A stretch of DNA of 64,000 nt from Polyangiales bacterium (lineage in GTDB: Bacteria > Myxococcota_A > Polyangia > Polyangiales > Ga0077539): contig JBGARZ010000005.1 of the NCBI GenBank assembly GCA_044229975.1, positions 480,001 through 544,000 of the forward strand, given 5' to 3'. Positions within the stretch are counted from its first letter, which is position 1. Every line of letters starts with the position of its first letter. Position numbers and translations under genes: made by a program. Shown in pieces: positions 41,992-52,170 of the stretch. Under the pieces are notes generated by a model. It did no database searches, was not told where the DNA came from, and worked only from the letters and a program-made list of their open reading frames with translations.

Positions 41992-43337
41992 CGACCCGCG
42001 GGCTCGCCGTCGAGCAGGCCCTTCAACCGTAGCCAGCGCGCGAGGTCGTGGCCGAGCACGCCCGCGTCGTCGACGAGCAGTCGCAGCTGTCGCCGACGCC
42101 CGCTGTCGAGCGCGAGGGAGGCGGGGTCGACGTGCAGGAGCGCACGGTGCACCGCGACCACCGTGAGCCGAACGCGGTGGAAGAGCTTGTCTTGCGCCCA
42201 GCGGAGCACCTGCACCCGCACGCTGCTGGCCTCGTAGCCGATGGACACCACCCGCTCGGCGTCGACGCCGAGGGCGCGCAGGAGCACGTCCGCGGCGGGC
42301 GACTCGGCGGCGGCGTCGAGGCACTGCTCGCGGAGGTCGCCCGGCAGGGACGTCGTGAGGCGCTCCAGGGCAGGGATGTTGAGGGTCCCCTGGGTGGCGA
42401 GCGGGACGGCGGCGTTGCTCGCGAGGAAGGCGCGCAGCCGCGCGGCGAGCGAGGCGACGGCGTCGATGCGCCCCTCGGCCATGAGCCCGTACACGGTGGC
42501 CGCGAAGGCGCGCTCGCCGACGGGTGAGAGGGCGACGGCGACGTCGAACGCGGGCGCCGAGACGTCGCGGGTGAGCGAGTCGGCGACGAGGGAGGCCCAC
42601 GAGGTGGGGAGGTAGCCGCGGAGGGCGGCGACGACGAGGTCGCGGCGGGCGAGCTCGTCGGGGCGCAGCGCGAGGAGGAGGTCGGAGACGTAGGCCCACG
42701 AGCGGGGCGGCGCGTCGTCGAAGACGGTGGCGTGCTCGCGCACGACGGAGAGCACGGCGGGATGAACACGACGGGCCTCGGCCCACAGGAGCCACGAGGC
42801 GCGGTCGGCGCACACCGCGAGTTGCATGAAGCGGGCGCGCAGCGCGGGGTCGAGGCGGTTGACCTGGTAGTCGCCGTCCTCGGGGTTGACCGCCGCGACG
42901 CAGAACCACCCGGGCGGGAGCTCGTAGGCGTGGAGCCGCCGCGCCGAGAGGAGCTGTAGCGCGGGCTGCATCACGGGGATCTCCGCGCGGTTGAGCTCTT
43001 CGAGCATGAGCACGCCGCGGCCCTCGGTGGGGAGCTCGGAGGGGCTGGCGTAGTGGGTGCGGCCGTCGCGGATGACGGGGAGGCCGACGAGGTCGGGCGG
43101 TTCGAGGAGGCTGAGGTCGAGCACGACGCACTGGATGCCCGCGGTGCGCGCAAACTCCGCGACGATCTGGCTCTTGCCGATGCCGGTGGGCCCTTCGAGG
43201 AGCACCGGGAGGCGCGCGCGGTAGGCGACGTCGAGGAGGGCGACGAGCCCCGCGCCGACGGGGGTGGCCTGCGCCGCGACGGGCTCCTTCACGTCGGCGT
43301 CGCGGGTCTTGCGTTGGGGTGATCGCGGGGTGCTCAT
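41988..43337 (-). CDS. MoxR-like AAA ATPase with helical C-terminal extension
   Basis: GPTGIGKS, DLVGLP, LEELNRA, AVNP, DPALRARF, PRSW. Confidence 0.88.
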   Translation of the reverse strand: MSTPRSPQRKTRDADVKEPVAAQATPVGAGLVALLDVAYRARLPVLLEGPTGIGKSQIVAEFARTAGIQCVVLDLSLLEPPDLVGLPVIRDGRTHYASPSELPTEGRGVLMLEELNRAEIPVMQPALQLLSARRLHAYELPPGWFCVAAVNPEDGDYQVNRLDPALRARFMQLAVCADRASWLLWAEARRVHPAVLSVVREHATVFDDAPPRSWAYVSDLLLALRPDELARRDLVVAALRGYLPTSWASLVADSLTRDVSAPAFDVAVALSPVGERAFAATVYGLMAEGRIDAVASLAARLRAFLASNAAVPLATQGTLNIPALERLTTSLPGDLREQCLDAAAESPAADVLLRALGVDAERVVSIGYEASSVRVQVLRWAQDKLFHRVRLTVVAVHRALLHVDPASLALDSGRRRQLRLLVDDAGVLGHDLARWLRLKGLLDGEPAGR

Positions 43338-43681
43338 CGTCGGGGGTCTGCCTTCGTGGAAGCGATCGCGGGGGAGAGCTGGAAGCCGCCGTTGTTCCAC
43401 GGAGGGATCGACCACGCGCCGGCGAGGACGGAGCCGTCCAGGCGGCCGAGGTAGAGCACGCTGTGGGCGCCGTCGTAGGTCTTGATCCACCCGAGGCGGA
43501 GCTGCCCGCGGGTGGTGCGGTACTGGCCTTCGATGGTGAAGGTCCCGAGGTCGTCGCGGCCGTCGCCGCGCACGATGCCGTCGGCAAACTCCAGGGTCAT
43601 CTCCTGGTCGTAGTGGCGCCGGGACTGCTCGTAGAAGCCCTTCCACAGCCCCGAGACGAGCGGCGTGACCGACGAGCGCAT
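43334..43681 (-). CDS. Small beta-rich hypothetical protein
   Basis: SGLWKGFY...MTL...G.G.DDLG.F.I.G...KTY...V.Y.G...GAW; 4-bp overlap with the AAA gene. Confidence 0.75.
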   Translation of the reverse strand: MRSSVTPLVSGLWKGFYEQSRRHYDQEMTLEFADGIVRGDGRDDLGTFTIEGQYRTTRGQLRLGWIKTYDGAHSVLYLGRLDGSVLAGAWSIPPWNNGGFQLSPAIASTKADPRR

Positions 43682-43760
43682 CGCGCAGTGGCGTACCCCG
43701 CCGACGCGGCGGGTGTCGAGGGAGGGCGTTGGGAGGGAGAGGGTGTCCCAGGTTGAGAAT

Positions 43761-44010
43761 CCGCGTCGCTCACGCCGGAGTTCACCGTGCCGCCTCCGCG
43801 CTCGCCGCGCTCGGTTCACTCCGGGCTATTTCACGCGGATCGCCCCGCCTGAAGCGGGGCTCCGTGAAGCCGATCCTGGGCCGCCCACCATCGCATGACG
43901 AGCCGCCTGAGCCCCGCTTCAGGCGGGGCGATCCGCGTGAAATAGCCCGGAGTGAACCGAGCGCGGCGAGCGCGGAGGCGGCACGGTGAACTCCGGCGTG
44001 AGCGACGCGG
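43761..44010. repeat. REPIN/MITE-like element A: perfect 102-bp inverted repeat with 46-bp spacer
   Basis: 43761-43862 is the exact reverse complement of 43909-44010. Confidence 0.92.
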
Positions 44011-44114
44011 GTTTCCTACTTTGACGGGGGCCCAGGAGTCGGTGTCCTCACTCGGATACTGCCCATCGGGAGGGTGACTCCAGACCATCGATCGAGGTGA
44101 GTTACGATGCGTCG

Positions 44115-44687
44115 ATGACGGCGATCTCAAAGACCCTCATGACCGCGGAGGAGTACCTCGCGCGCGAGAGCGGAGCGTCGGAGAAGAGCATCCTCTGGGA
44201 CGGGGAGGTCTACGCGATGGCGGGCGCGATGCCGAACCACAACGCCATCGTGGCCAACGCGCTCGCCGAGCTTCGCCGCGTCACGCGTCGAGGGCCGTGT
44301 CGCGTCTATGCGTCCGACCTCAAGGTGTATGTCCCGACGCGCGCGGGCTTCGTCTATCCCGACGCGAGCGTCGTCTGTGGTGCGCTTGAGCTCTACGGTC
44401 GTAGCCGTGACGTGATCGTCAACCCGACCGTGTTGCTGGAGGTGCTCTCGGAGGGGACCGAGAGCTTCGACCGGGGCGAGAAGGCGTCGGGCTACCGGGC
44501 GATCCCTTCGTTGAAGCACCATGTGCTCGTGTCGCAGACCACGCGCCAGGTCGAGGTCTTCACGCGGCAGACCGACGACGCGTGGTTGTTGCGCGAATAC
44601 CGCGGCTCCGACGAGGCCGCGATCGACGCGCTCGGCGGCGCGCTGTCGCTGGACGAGCTCTATCTCAAGGTGTTCGAGGAGTTGTAG
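44115..44687 (+). CDS. Uma2 (DUF820) family endonuclease
   Basis: MTAEEYL, DGEVYAMAG...H, YPDASVVC, NP.VLLEVLS..TE.FDRGEK..Y. Confidence 0.92.
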   Translation: MTAISKTLMTAEEYLARESGASEKSILWDGEVYAMAGAMPNHNAIVANALAELRRVTRRGPCRVYASDLKVYVPTRAGFVYPDASVVCGALELYGRSRDVIVNPTVLLEVLSEGTESFDRGEKASGYRAIPSLKHHVLVSQTTRQVEVFTRQTDDAWLLREYRGSDEAAIDALGGALSLDELYLKVFEEL

Positions 44688-44723
44688 GCGTAGGCGGCGT
44701 TGCCGGGATGGCGAGGAGGTCGT

Positions 44724-45149
44724 TCACGACGGCTTTGCGGGGTCATTCCGCGAGGTCATCTCGGCGGCACCGGACGTCCCCGATCCGCCCGACGAGCCCT
44801 GCGGCGCCGCGAAGCCGATCGGGAGAAACATCCGGTTCAACAGCAGGCACGCCCTCGCCACCCGGGCGACTGCGATCGCGTGAGCGGGAAACGGCTCCGT
44901 CCCTCGCAGCACGAGCGCGTGTGCCGTGCCGACCGTCCCGACGACCGTACGGTCATCGATCATCATCACCGCGCCAGGCACCCAACGTGACGAACGCGCC
45001 ACCTCGAAGAACGACTCCCCCTCCTCGGCCCCGACCTCGACGTCGATGGTGCCCTGGCGAAGGTCGACCAGCGCGACGCCGCCGAGGATCGACACGTACC
45101 GCACGATCTCTTCGATGTGACGTCGAGCGTCGCCCGGGAAGTTGGCCAC
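44724..45149 (-). CDS. Possible hypothetical protein
   Basis: 141-aa ORF with balanced composition filling a gap; no recognised motif. Confidence 0.4.
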   Translation of the reverse strand: MANFPGDARRHIEEIVRYVSILGGVALVDLRQGTIDVEVGAEEGESFFEVARSSRWVPGAVMMIDDRTVVGTVGTAHALVLRGTEPFPAHAIAVARVARACLLLNRMFLPIGFAAPQGSSGGSGTSGAAEMTSRNDPAKPS

Positions 45150-45464
45150 GTCACAGAGCTACCACGCTCAACGGTCGTCCACCTCAGCGAGCCACCCCAC
45201 CACCGAGGCGCAACGAGCGCGACGTGCAGGCCAAACCCCTCGAGCGCACACCTCGAGCGCGCCGTCGCGGTGCCGAAGTACACCCCCACGCCCCCGCACC
45301 GACGACCGCGTCTCCACGGGCAGGAGTCGCCGGAACGGGGCCGATGTGCCGGAGGCTACCATCAATGTCTCACGTCGAATGGACAGCGAGGTATCGAGCG
45401 CGAACGGGCGCTCATCACTGAGGGTTCATCGCTGTCGGGGACACCCGACGATCGACGTCGCGGG

Positions 45465-47414
45465 TTAGCGCGCGGCCGGAGTCGTCGCGGGTGCCGCTGG
45501 TGCGTTCACGTCGAACTCCACCCCGCGGATGGCCTCGACCAACCGCACGCGTCGCTCGCCGATCTGCGTGTCGAGCTCGACGACGCGGCGGATGGTCTGA
45601 TCGATGTCCGTCGCCGTGCGCGCGAGGCGGGCCGTGAGCTGCGCGCGCAGATCGGCCGCCGCCGGGTTGCGCTGGATGGCGGTGAGGTTTCCGCGCGTCT
45701 CTTCGGCGCTGTTCTGGAGCTCGTCGCGGCGGGTGACCTGCTGGTCGCGCTGCGTGGTGAGGTCGGCGATCTGACGACGCAGGTCGAGCGCGCCGCGCAA
45801 CGTGGTGGCGAGCGGCTCGGCGGGGTGGCCGTCGCGCAGGTACGCGGTGAGCGCGTCCGCGGCCTGGTCGTTGGCGAGGTCGACGCCGACGGTGAACGCG
45901 GTGCGCGCGGTGACCACGGTCTCGCTCCGACCGTGGGCATCGATGTTGGTCGGGACGAGGGCGTTGCCGTTGCTGTTCTCGGTTCCGGTCGGCGGCTCGA
46001 AGAGCACCGAGTTGCCGAGCGGGTGGCGGTAGAGCAGGCGGGCGGCGCGGTCGAGGCCGTTGCGGGCGCGGTAGGTGGTGCGGGTCACGCTGAAGCGCTC
46101 GATGGTCAGCGTGTCGCGCACCATGCGGACGAGCCGCGCGCCCTCCACCGCGGAGGTCTGCGACGACTCCACCGCGATGCCCCGCTCCAGCGAAAACGGA
46201 ACCGTCGTCGTCGCCCCGTCGGGCAGCGACTCCATCATCCCCTGACCGAGAAACGCGTTGCGCTCGAAGATGGCGATGGGGCCGCGTTCGAGGGTTCCGC
46301 CGGTGCGGTTTTCGAAGCGCGCGACGTGGAAGGGATGCGCCCCCGAGTCACCGACACCGGGGTCGGGCGCGAAGAGATACATCTGGTCACCGGGGACGTC
46401 TCGCGCCGTCAGCATCACCATCGTCGCGCTGCGATCGGGGACGGTCACCGTCTGCGGGAGATCGTAGCGGGTGGCGCCGCCCTGCACCGCGAGCGCGGCG
46501 AGCGCGGCGAGGTTGCGCGGCGTCGACGACGGTGGCGGCGGAGGAGGCGGCGCGGACGGCCCTCGCGGCTGCGACTGGGCGCGATAGGGCGCACCTCCCA
46601 TCGGGGCCGCTGGGGCGGGCATGCGCGTCACGGCCGTTCGGCGCTGCGCCGCACGACCGCGCCCGTTGGTGGGCGCGTCGGCCATCGCCTCGCCGCCGTA
46701 GCCGCTGCCGTCGTCGGCGCTCTCGATCGCGGGCGGCGCCATCGGTACGTTGACGACGGCGGTCTCGGTGGCGAGCGTGGTGTCGCTCTGCGGGACGGCG
46801 TCGATGACGGCGCCGCGGTCGGTCACCGTGGGTCGCAGCGGGATGACCGGCGTGGCGAGCTCGGAGCGAAACGACACGGGCGAGCCCGACACGAGCGAGA
46901 GGTTGACGTTGGACCAGTCCTCGCCGGAGAGGTTCTGCACGATGCCCCACGCCTGCACCTGCGGCCGCTCGCCCTGGAAGACGAGGCGGTAGGTGGGCCG
47001 CCAGATGGGGGTCTCGACGGTGTAGCCCACGGTGAGGTCGTGCTCGCGGCCGTCGAGCGCGAGCCGAACGTTGCGCCGGCGGTTGGGGTCGGGCGGCGTG
47101 TCGCCGACCTGCTCCTCGGGCATCGGGAAGGCCGCCGAGCGAACGCTGCTGCCGCCCGACTCCATCACCGCGAGCGTCGCGAGGAAGTCGCCCACCTCGT
47201 TCTGCGTGACGCGGAAGTTCACGGCGTCGCCCTCGACGCGGCCCTGGCGCTCGAAGTACCCGACGCCGTTGCGGTAGACCACCACGCGGCGCAGCGGCAG
47301 CGTCGGGCCCGTCTCGACGGCGGGGTGTCGCGCGCAACCGATGGCGGAGAAGAGCGAGAGGGAGAGGGTGGCGGCCGCGAGTGCGCGGCGCGAGCGGGCG
47401 TTGGACTTGGACAT
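45465..47414 (-). CDS. DUF4139-domain lipoprotein
   Basis: LPLRRVVVYRNGVGYFER, W.P.YRL, VQN.SGEDW.NV.LSLVSG.P; C-terminal coiled coil. Confidence 0.85.
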   Translation of the reverse strand: MSKSNARSRRALAAATLSLSLFSAIGCARHPAVETGPTLPLRRVVVYRNGVGYFERQGRVEGDAVNFRVTQNEVGDFLATLAVMESGGSSVRSAAFPMPEEQVGDTPPDPNRRRNVRLALDGREHDLTVGYTVETPIWRPTYRLVFQGERPQVQAWGIVQNLSGEDWSNVNLSLVSGSPVSFRSELATPVIPLRPTVTDRGAVIDAVPQSDTTLATETAVVNVPMAPPAIESADDGSGYGGEAMADAPTNGRGRAAQRRTAVTRMPAPAAPMGGAPYRAQSQPRGPSAPPPPPPPSSTPRNLAALAALAVQGGATRYDLPQTVTVPDRSATMVMLTARDVPGDQMYLFAPDPGVGDSGAHPFHVARFENRTGGTLERGPIAIFERNAFLGQGMMESLPDGATTTVPFSLERGIAVESSQTSAVEGARLVRMVRDTLTIERFSVTRTTYRARNGLDRAARLLYRHPLGNSVLFEPPTGTENSNGNALVPTNIDAHGRSETVVTARTAFTVGVDLANDQAADALTAYLRDGHPAEPLATTLRGALDLRRQIADLTTQRDQQVTRRDELQNSAEETRGNLTAIQRNPAAADLRAQLTARLARTATDIDQTIRRVVELDTQIGERRVRLVEAIRGVEFDVNAPAAPATTPAAR

Positions 47415-47619
47415 GGGGAGACCTCCGATGGGGCCGAGACGCACGAGCCGACCCGGAAGGTCTCTCCCCGCGCGCCGACGACGCCGTTGTCTATCAAACG
47501 ATCGCGCGCCGCGGGAGGCGGTCATCGGTTGCGCCGATTCTGCACAACCGCGGGCGGATCGAGCCGATACGGCGCGACGCCGAAAACCTTACGGGGCGAA
47601 GTGCAGCCTTGATCGCGGA

Positions 47620-47635
47620 TGGCATCCGGGGTGCT
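47620..47635 (+). promoter_or_regulatory. Candidate sigma54 (-24/-12) promoter
   Basis: TGGCATCCGGGGTGCT with canonical GG-N10-GC spacing, directly upstream of the cytochrome gene. Confidence 0.45.
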
Positions 47636-47648
47636 CTATCGGCACGTC

Positions 47649-48662
47649 ATGAAGAAGCCGATGTCGAGGAGGAAGAAGGTCGCGCTCGCGGTGGCGGCGT
47701 TGGTCGTGGCGGCGCCGACGGCGCTGGTGGCGTCGATCAAGATGCGACCGCTGCGTACGTCCCCGACGTGGACGGAGTCGGTCGAGGCGACGCCCGAACG
47801 ACTCGCCCGCGGGCGCTACCTCGCCGAGCACGTAGCGGTCTGCGCCGACTGTCACAGCGAGCGCGACTGGTCGACCTTTTCGGGGCCGCCCATTCGCGGA
47901 ACGCTCGGCGGCGGCGGCGAGCACTTCGGCCACGCCATCGGGTTTCCGGGCGAGGTGTCGAGCCGCAACATCACGCCGCACCCCACGGAGGGCGTCGGGC
48001 GGTGGTCCGACGGCGAGCTGGTGCGCGCCGTCCGCGAAGGGGTCAACCGCGACGGCCGACCGCTCGCGCCGATCATGCCGTACGCCAACTACCGCGCGAT
48101 GGGCGACGAGGACGCGCGCGCCATCGTGACCTGGGTGCGCTCGCTGCCGACGATCGCGCGGCGTCACCCGGAGCCGACGCTCGACTTCCCGCTGTCGCTG
48201 CTGGTGCGGACGATTCCCGCGCCGGCGGGGCCTCGCGGGGACGGCCACGTCGCGACGCCGACTCCGCGCGTGGACGCGGCCTATGGCGCCTACCTCGTGA
48301 GGATGGCGAGCTGCGCGGACTGCCACACGCGAAGCGAGCGCGGAGAGCCCGTGGCGGGGATGGAGTTTGCGGGCGGGATGGAATACCGGCTGCCCGGGTA
48401 CGTGCTGCGCTCGGCCAACATCACGCCCGACCCGACGGGCATCGGCGCGATGAGCGAGGACGCCTTCGTGGCGCGCTTCCAGACGTACCGCGTGCCCGAC
48501 GCGGAGGTAGCGGTGCCGCGCCCGGCGCAGCGGACCTTCATGCGGGGCAACACCATCATGCCGTGGCGGATGTACGCCGGGATGACCGACGACGACCTGC
48601 GCGCGATCTACCGCTACCTCCGCACGCTGCGCCCGGTGAGCAACGTCGTCCCGCGGGGGTGA
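47649..48662 (+). CDS. Di-haem c-type cytochrome
   Basis: Two CADCH motifs; NITP repeats; MPY/MPW. Confidence 0.92.
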   Translation: MKKPMSRRKKVALAVAALVVAAPTALVASIKMRPLRTSPTWTESVEATPERLARGRYLAEHVAVCADCHSERDWSTFSGPPIRGTLGGGGEHFGHAIGFPGEVSSRNITPHPTEGVGRWSDGELVRAVREGVNRDGRPLAPIMPYANYRAMGDEDARAIVTWVRSLPTIARRHPEPTLDFPLSLLVRTIPAPAGPRGDGHVATPTPRVDAAYGAYLVRMASCADCHTRSERGEPVAGMEFAGGMEYRLPGYVLRSANITPDPTGIGAMSEDAFVARFQTYRVPDAEVAVPRPAQRTFMRGNTIMPWRMYAGMTDDDLRAIYRYLRTLRPVSNVVPRG

Positions 48663-48669
48663 GTGGTGA

Positions 48670-48898
48670 GGCCGGAGTTCGCGTGACCCCATTGCGAGTG
48701 CGTGCAGTCGCTCACGCCGGGCTATTTCACGCGGTCACCTCGCTGCGCGAGGTTGCGGCACTGGCCACGATGAGCAACCCATCGACTCGAGTATCGCCAG
48801 CCGAAAGTCCCTGCAACCTCGCGCAGCGAGGTGACCACCTGAAATAGCCCGGAGTGAGCGACTGCACCTCGGCTCATGGACTCACGCGAACTCCGGCC
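48670..48898. repeat. REPIN/MITE-like element B: imperfect ~87-bp inverted repeat
   Basis: GGCCGGAGTTCGCGTGA...CCGGGCTATTTCA...GGTCACCTCGCTGCGCGAGGTTGC and its inverse. Confidence 0.85.
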
Positions 48899-48930
48899 AG
48901 GCGGGTCCAGCGACCATCGGACGGTTGCTC

Positions 48931-50373
48931 CTACGGCTCCTCGACGACGAGCAGGTACTCGCCCGCGCGCGCAACCCCGCCGCTGACGAAGGTGTCCAGC
49001 GAGAGCGTCCACGTTCCCGGTGCGAGCGTGGCGACGAGCGCGCGGTCGTCGCGGGCGACGCAGCCTTCGGCGGTCGCGGTGCGGTCGAGCAGGTGGACGT
49101 CGACGTCGGTGCTCCCGCGCGTGATGACCATGGCGCGAATCGCCGTCGGCCTCGCGACGGTGATGCGATAGACGAACTCCGCGCCGGACTCATCCGCCGT
49201 CGCACGACAGGAGTAGCGGTCGAAGCTCCGGGCGCCGCCGGTGGAGGTGTCGCGCGCGTCGGCGAAGGGCAGCGACGCGATGACGAAGGGGTCGGCGTGG
49301 GAGCCCGAACCCGACAGGCGGGGCGCGTCGGCGTCGGGCGCGGCGCGGGCGCGGAGGGTCACCTCGGCGACGCGGTGGAGCGCTTCGAGCGTGAGCAGGT
49401 TGCGCTGGTTGTAGCCGAAGCGCAGGCCGTCGGGCGTGAGGGCGCAGGCGCGAAAACCTGCGCTCGTCGAGTAGGTGTTGGGGTGGAGGTGATCGGCGCC
49501 GAGGCCGTGCGACGCGAGCGGGACGAGCGCGCCGTGGAAGTCCACCAGCGGAACCCCACGGGACTGCGCCACCCCACGGACGACCGCGTTGTAGCGAGGG
49601 ACCCAGAGGTCGGCGTCGGCGTTGTCGTCGCGCGGAGGAACCGTAGAGAGAATCGGGATCACCCCGCGGGCGAGGGTCTGGTCGACGATGTCGAGGAGGC
49701 TCGCGCCGTAGCGGAAGATGTCGCGCGACTGGATGTCGTTGGTCCCGAACATCACGGAGGCGACGGAGGGACGCGCGGCGTCGAGCTCGCGGGTGAGCGG
49801 TGAGGGGGCGCCCGCGAGGGCGGCGGGGGCGCTCCAGCCGACGGTGGCGGCGAGGCTGACGCGGCGGTACGGGTCGGTGCCCGCGACGGAGCCGGAGCGG
49901 TAGAGGTCGAGGGTGGGGCGGAGGTGCTCGCGACCACCGAGGTCGACCGCGGTCGTCGACGCGAAGCACGCCATGAACGACGTGCTCACCGTGATGGAGT
50001 CACCGACCTTGGAGAAGACGTTGTCGTTGAGCGACGTCCCCCGCGCCGCGATGGCGCGGAGCCGCGCGACGAGGTCGGGCGTGATGGGTGAGTGGCGCTG
50101 CGCCGCGGGGTAGAGCACCGGGCCCGGCGGTGGCGGCGGGACATCGGGAGCGACCGGGACATCGGGGGAGAGCGGGCGATCGACGGCGACGGGGACATCG
50201 ACGGCGGGTGGGCGATCGATGGCCGGTGGGACGTCGACGACAGGCGCGCGATCGGCGGGGGCCGCGGCGTCGCGAGGAGGAGCGACGTCGACGGAGGCGT
50301 CCTCGACGAGCTCATCGGGGAGAGGAGCGCCGCACGCAGCGAGGAGGATGGGGAGCGCGACGAGCGGGCGCAT
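48931..50373 (-). CDS. SGNH/GDSL hydrolase lipoprotein with C-terminal PPC-like domain
   Basis: LLAAC; VGDSIT; GTND; DHLHPN. Confidence 0.88.
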   Translation of the reverse strand: MRPLVALPILLAACGAPLPDELVEDASVDVAPPRDAAAPADRAPVVDVPPAIDRPPAVDVPVAVDRPLSPDVPVAPDVPPPPPGPVLYPAAQRHSPITPDLVARLRAIAARGTSLNDNVFSKVGDSITVSTSFMACFASTTAVDLGGREHLRPTLDLYRSGSVAGTDPYRRVSLAATVGWSAPAALAGAPSPLTRELDAARPSVASVMFGTNDIQSRDIFRYGASLLDIVDQTLARGVIPILSTVPPRDDNADADLWVPRYNAVVRGVAQSRGVPLVDFHGALVPLASHGLGADHLHPNTYSTSAGFRACALTPDGLRFGYNQRNLLTLEALHRVAEVTLRARAAPDADAPRLSGSGSHADPFVIASLPFADARDTSTGGARSFDRYSCRATADESGAEFVYRITVARPTAIRAMVITRGSTDVDVHLLDRTATAEGCVARDDRALVATLAPGTWTLSLDTFVSGGVARAGEYLLVVEEP

Positions 50374-50390
50374 GCGCGACGACGATACGC

Positions 50391-51044
50391 CTACCGCTTG
50401 CGACGAGCGGCCTTCGCCGCCGGTGGCGTGTCCGTCGGCGCGATGCCCCGCAGCGCGACGCCCGCCAGGTACGTCGCCATCTCCGCGGGCGCCGGTAGCG
50501 TCACGCCGCTCTCGCCGCCCATCGCCGCCGCCACCCGCCGGAGCATCACCTGCGGCGCCGCCGCGAGCATCGCCACCGTCACCATCGCCGCCGCCGGGTG
50601 CACCTCTGCGCCCACGTGCCCGTCGGCCATGCCCTCGGCCAGCAGCGAGAGCATCGCCGGGACGTGCCCGTGCATCATCCGCCCCGCCACCCGCGCGAGC
50701 CGCTCGGACGACACCAGCGCCTCGCGCATCACCAGGCGCAGCACGGTGAACTCGTCGTCGGTCATCGCGCCGAAGCGATCGAAGAGGGCGCGCACCCGCG
50801 CGTCGAAGTCGGGCCCCGGCGCGATGGCCTCGGTGATCGACTGCGCCATCGGCGCGTAGTGCCGCTCGACCACCGCGAGGAAGAGGTCGTCCTTCGTGGG
50901 GAAGTAGTAATAGACCATGCCCAGGTTGGTCTTGGCGTCGGCCGCGATCTGCCGCAGCGAGGCGCCGTCCACGCCGTCGTGGAGAAAGCGCCCGGTCGCC
51001 GCGGTCACGATGCGCTGGGCGATGTCACTCGGCGGTCGGGCCAT
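50391..51044 (-). CDS. TetR/AcrR family regulator
   Basis: GASLRQIA......VYYYFPTKDDLF. Confidence 0.93.
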   Translation of the reverse strand: MARPPSDIAQRIVTAATGRFLHDGVDGASLRQIAADAKTNLGMVYYYFPTKDDLFLAVVERHYAPMAQSITEAIAPGPDFDARVRALFDRFGAMTDDEFTVLRLVMREALVSSERLARVAGRMMHGHVPAMLSLLAEGMADGHVGAEVHPAAAMVTVAMLAAAPQVMLRRVAAAMGGESGVTLPAPAEMATYLAGVALRGIAPTDTPPAAKAARRKR

Positions 51045-51060
51045 AGGGGACGTTGTCCTA

Positions 51061-52170
51061 TCACGCGAGGCTCTTGCTGAAGCGCAGCGACGTGAGCGTC
51101 ACCAGCACCGCGAGGATCACCCCGAGGCGCAGGAGCTCGCCGCGCAGGTCGTCGAAGCCGGCGCCGCGCAGCGCGATGCCGCGGATGATCTTGAGGAAGT
51201 GCGTGAGCGGCAGCACCTCGGAGAGCCACTGCGCGGGCTTCGGCATCCCCTCGCGCGGAAACATGAACCCGCTCAAGAGCATGTTGGGCAGCAGGAAGAA
51301 GAAGGACATCTGCATCGCCTGCTGCTGCGTCTTGGCGAGCGTCGAGAAGAAGAGCCCCAGCGCGAGGTTGGCCGCGATGAACCCGAAGGCCAGCCCGAAC
51401 AGCAGCGACAGCGACCCCACCACCGGCACGTCGAACGCCAGCCTCCCGACGGTGAGCACCAGCGCCATCTGCACGTAGCCGATCACCACGAAGGGGAGGA
51501 TCTTCCCCAGCACCAGCTCCCACCGGCGGATGGGTGAGACGACGAGCTGTTCGAGCGTCCCTCGCTCGCGCTCGCGGGCGACGGCCATCGCGGTGAGCAT
51601 CACCATGGTCATCGTCAGGATGACGCCGACCAGGCCCGGGACGATGTTCACGGCGGTGCGGAGGTCGGGGTTGTACCAGGTGGTCGACTCCAGCGAGAGC
51701 GGCGGCTCCCGCGTGCCGGTGCGCGCCAGCACCATGGCCATCGCCCGCTGCGCCACGAGCCCACCTGCCGCGCCCGTGGCGCTCGTCACCGACTGCGGGT
51801 CGGAGCCGTCGACCACGAGCTGCACCGCGGCCGGCCGCCCCAGCGCGATGCGCTCCGCGTAGCGCGGCGGAATCACCAGCCCCACCCTCGCCCGCCCCGA
51901 GCGCAGCGCCGCCGAGAGCTCGGCCGGGTCGCGCACGAAGCCCACCACGTCACAACTCCCGGTCGCAGCAAGCGACGCGGCGAACTCGCGCGACGCGGCC
52001 GTGCGATCTTGATCGAGCACTGCCGTGGGGATGTGCCGGACGTCGGTGTCGATGGCCCACCCGAAGAGCAGCAACTGCACGATGGGGAGCATCACCATCA
52101 TCGCGAGCGTGAGCCGATCGCGCCGGAGCTGGAGTAGCTCCTTCCACGCGATGGCGAGCAGGCGGGTCAC
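51061..52170 (-). CDS. ABC-2 transporter permease (YbhS/R-like)
   Basis: KELLQLRRD, WYNP.L, ARERERGTLEQL, LSGFMFP. Confidence 0.92.
   Translation of the reverse strand: MTRLLAIAWKELLQLRRDRLTLAMMVMLPIVQLLLFGWAIDTDVRHIPTAVLDQDRTAASREFAASLAATGSCDVVGFVRDPAELSAALRSGRARVGLVIPPRYAERIALGRPAAVQLVVDGSDPQSVTSATGAAGGLVAQRAMAMVLARTGTREPPLSLESTTWYNPDLRTAVNIVPGLVGVILTMTMVMLTAMAVARERERGTLEQLVVSPIRRWELVLGKILPFVVIGYVQMALVLTVGRLAFDVPVVGSLSLLFGLAFGFIAANLALGLFFSTLAKTQQQAMQMSFFFLLPNMLLSGFMFPREGMPKPAQWLSEVLPLTHFLKIIRGIALRGAGFDDLRGELLRLGVILAVLVTLTSLRFSKSLA

Noticed and set aside
43665..44130. Small ORFs sharing the peptide RFTPGYFTRIAPPEAGL on both strands (also ORFs over 48722-49012 and 62266-62717)
   Set aside because: Artefacts of translating the palindromic elements
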